IMG/VR virus record: IMGVR_UViG_3300045988_002998 | DNA: 42,273 bases | Direction: 5' to 3' (one strand) | Origin: a virus | In this document: piece by piece, positions 41,564-42,273 of the stretch | Layout of the letters: each line of letters opens with the position of its first letter | Numbering within the stretch: the first letter of the stretch is position 1 | Made by a program: the position numbers and the translations under genes | Notes under the pieces: generated by a model | Databases searched by the model: none | What the model saw: the letters and a program-made list of their open reading frames with translations, nothing else | Told to the model about the DNA's origin: nothing

Positions 41564-42008
41564 AAAGCAAAGAAAACTGGTATCCGCAAGGGAAGAGCAG
41601 GACATTGCCCGAAAAATGATGATCTGGGCAAACGCCTTTTCCGATGACGACATGCCAGCTGCAACGATCAACTATGAATTTCTTGCTGCGGATTCTGCAA
41701 GTATGGCGCTGTCCACTATTCAGGGCGCGTATATCACGCAGAAATACATCCTCGGCGGGCATGAAGCGGAATACCAATTTAAGATCATCGCCCGCATTAT
41801 TCCCGGAAACAGCAACGACAAGCGCCTGAAATGTGACGCCATGCTGAATCGTTTTGGGGACTGGGCGATGCAAAACTACCCGTCTCTGGGCGATGGGATG
41901 CGCGTCAGGCGCGTGGAAGCGTCCAGCCGCGCGGCAATGTTCGCCCGGTACGAAGATGGCTCGGAAGACCATCAAATTCTTATGAAACTGACATATGAGG
42001 TGATTTAA
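41553..42008 (+). CDS. Tail completion / tail terminator-like protein
   Basis: 151 aa; immediately upstream of the major tail gene. Confidence 0.5.
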   Translation: MASEKQRKLVSAREEQDIARKMMIWANAFSDDDMPAATINYEFLAADSASMALSTIQGAYITQKYILGGHEAEYQFKIIARIIPGNSNDKRLKCDAMLNRFGDWAMQNYPSLGDGMRVRRVEASSRAAMFARYEDGSEDHQILMKLTYEVI

Positions 42009-42010
42009 TT

Positions 42011-42273
42011 ATGGCAGACATGACCTTTAACACCACTGCTGGCCAGACCATTGACCGCGAACTGCTGATCGCATACCTGAATACCGGTGAGGCGTCTACG
42101 CCTGTCTGGTCTCCGTTCGGCAAACGCGTCACGGATTCCAGCATGGAGTACGATTGGCAGGAGGATTCCAGTAAGGATATCCTCGGCACTACAAGAACCA
42201 CCATGAAGAAGCCCATCATCACGCAGAGCTTTGACCCGTGCGAGCTGGACGCAGGCGACGCGGCGCTTGTCAA
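42011..42273 (+). CDS. Major tail protein, N-terminal part (continues at window position 90 via the circular junction)
   Basis: GAGGTGA RBS; ATG 42011; no stop before the window end; the last 89 nt are identical to 1..89. Confidence 0.75.
   Translation, partial: MADMTFNTTAGQTIDRELLIAYLNTGEASTPVWSPFGKRVTDSSMEYDWQEDSSKDILGTTRTTMKKPIITQSFDPCELDAGDAALV
42185..42273. repeat. Terminal direct repeat, copy 2 (identical to 1..89)
   Basis: See copy 1. Confidence 0.95.

Noticed and set aside
1-42273. CRISPR arrays, rRNA genes, transposases/IS elements, reverse transcriptases
   Set aside because: No regularly spaced repeat arrays, rRNA-like sequence or transposase/RT motifs were seen on either strand. 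The only mobile-element function is the phage integrase/attP.

Overview
The window is a complete, circularly closed genome of a temperate siphovirus-type phage. An identical 89-bp overlap at both ends leaves 42,184 bp of unique sequence. AGGAGG-type RBSs, sigma-A-like promoters and an attP built on a tRNA 3' end suggest a Firmicutes/Clostridia-like host, but this is a guess. Gene order: (1) tail module, with the major tail gene split across the window ends, chaperones, tape measure, Dit/Tal-like genes and several fibre/RBP genes; (2) lysis cassette; (3) a ~4.7-kb accessory island with its own operator-bearing promoter; (4) attP and a tyrosine integrase; (5) a lysogeny/immunity region with two XRE regulators and small membrane proteins; (6) an early recombination/replication module (Sak4-like ATPase, PD-(D/E)XK nuclease, SSB, replisome organizer, RuvC-like resolvase, nucleotide-metabolism-like genes); (7) a RinA-like late activator; (8) packaging and head genes (TerS, TerL, portal, MuF, scaffold, capsid, connectors). 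The five most unusual observations are: (a) a ~530-bp protein-poor gap inside the genetic switch, with convergent promoters, an 18-codon uORF, a tight three-way-junction RNA fold and an intrinsic terminator pointing at the repressor gene; (b) a tail-fibre protein carrying an internal CX5R (PTP/Y_phosphatase3-like) domain; (c) a six-gene cluster in the accessory island encoding Q/P/M-rich, Gly-rich/TM/Cys-rich and BclA-C-terminal-like proteins; (d) a holin-like gene interrupted by an in-frame TAG; (e) a membrane-anchored XRE regulator that overlaps the integrase gene. All functional calls rest on motif recall and gene order; no database search was run.
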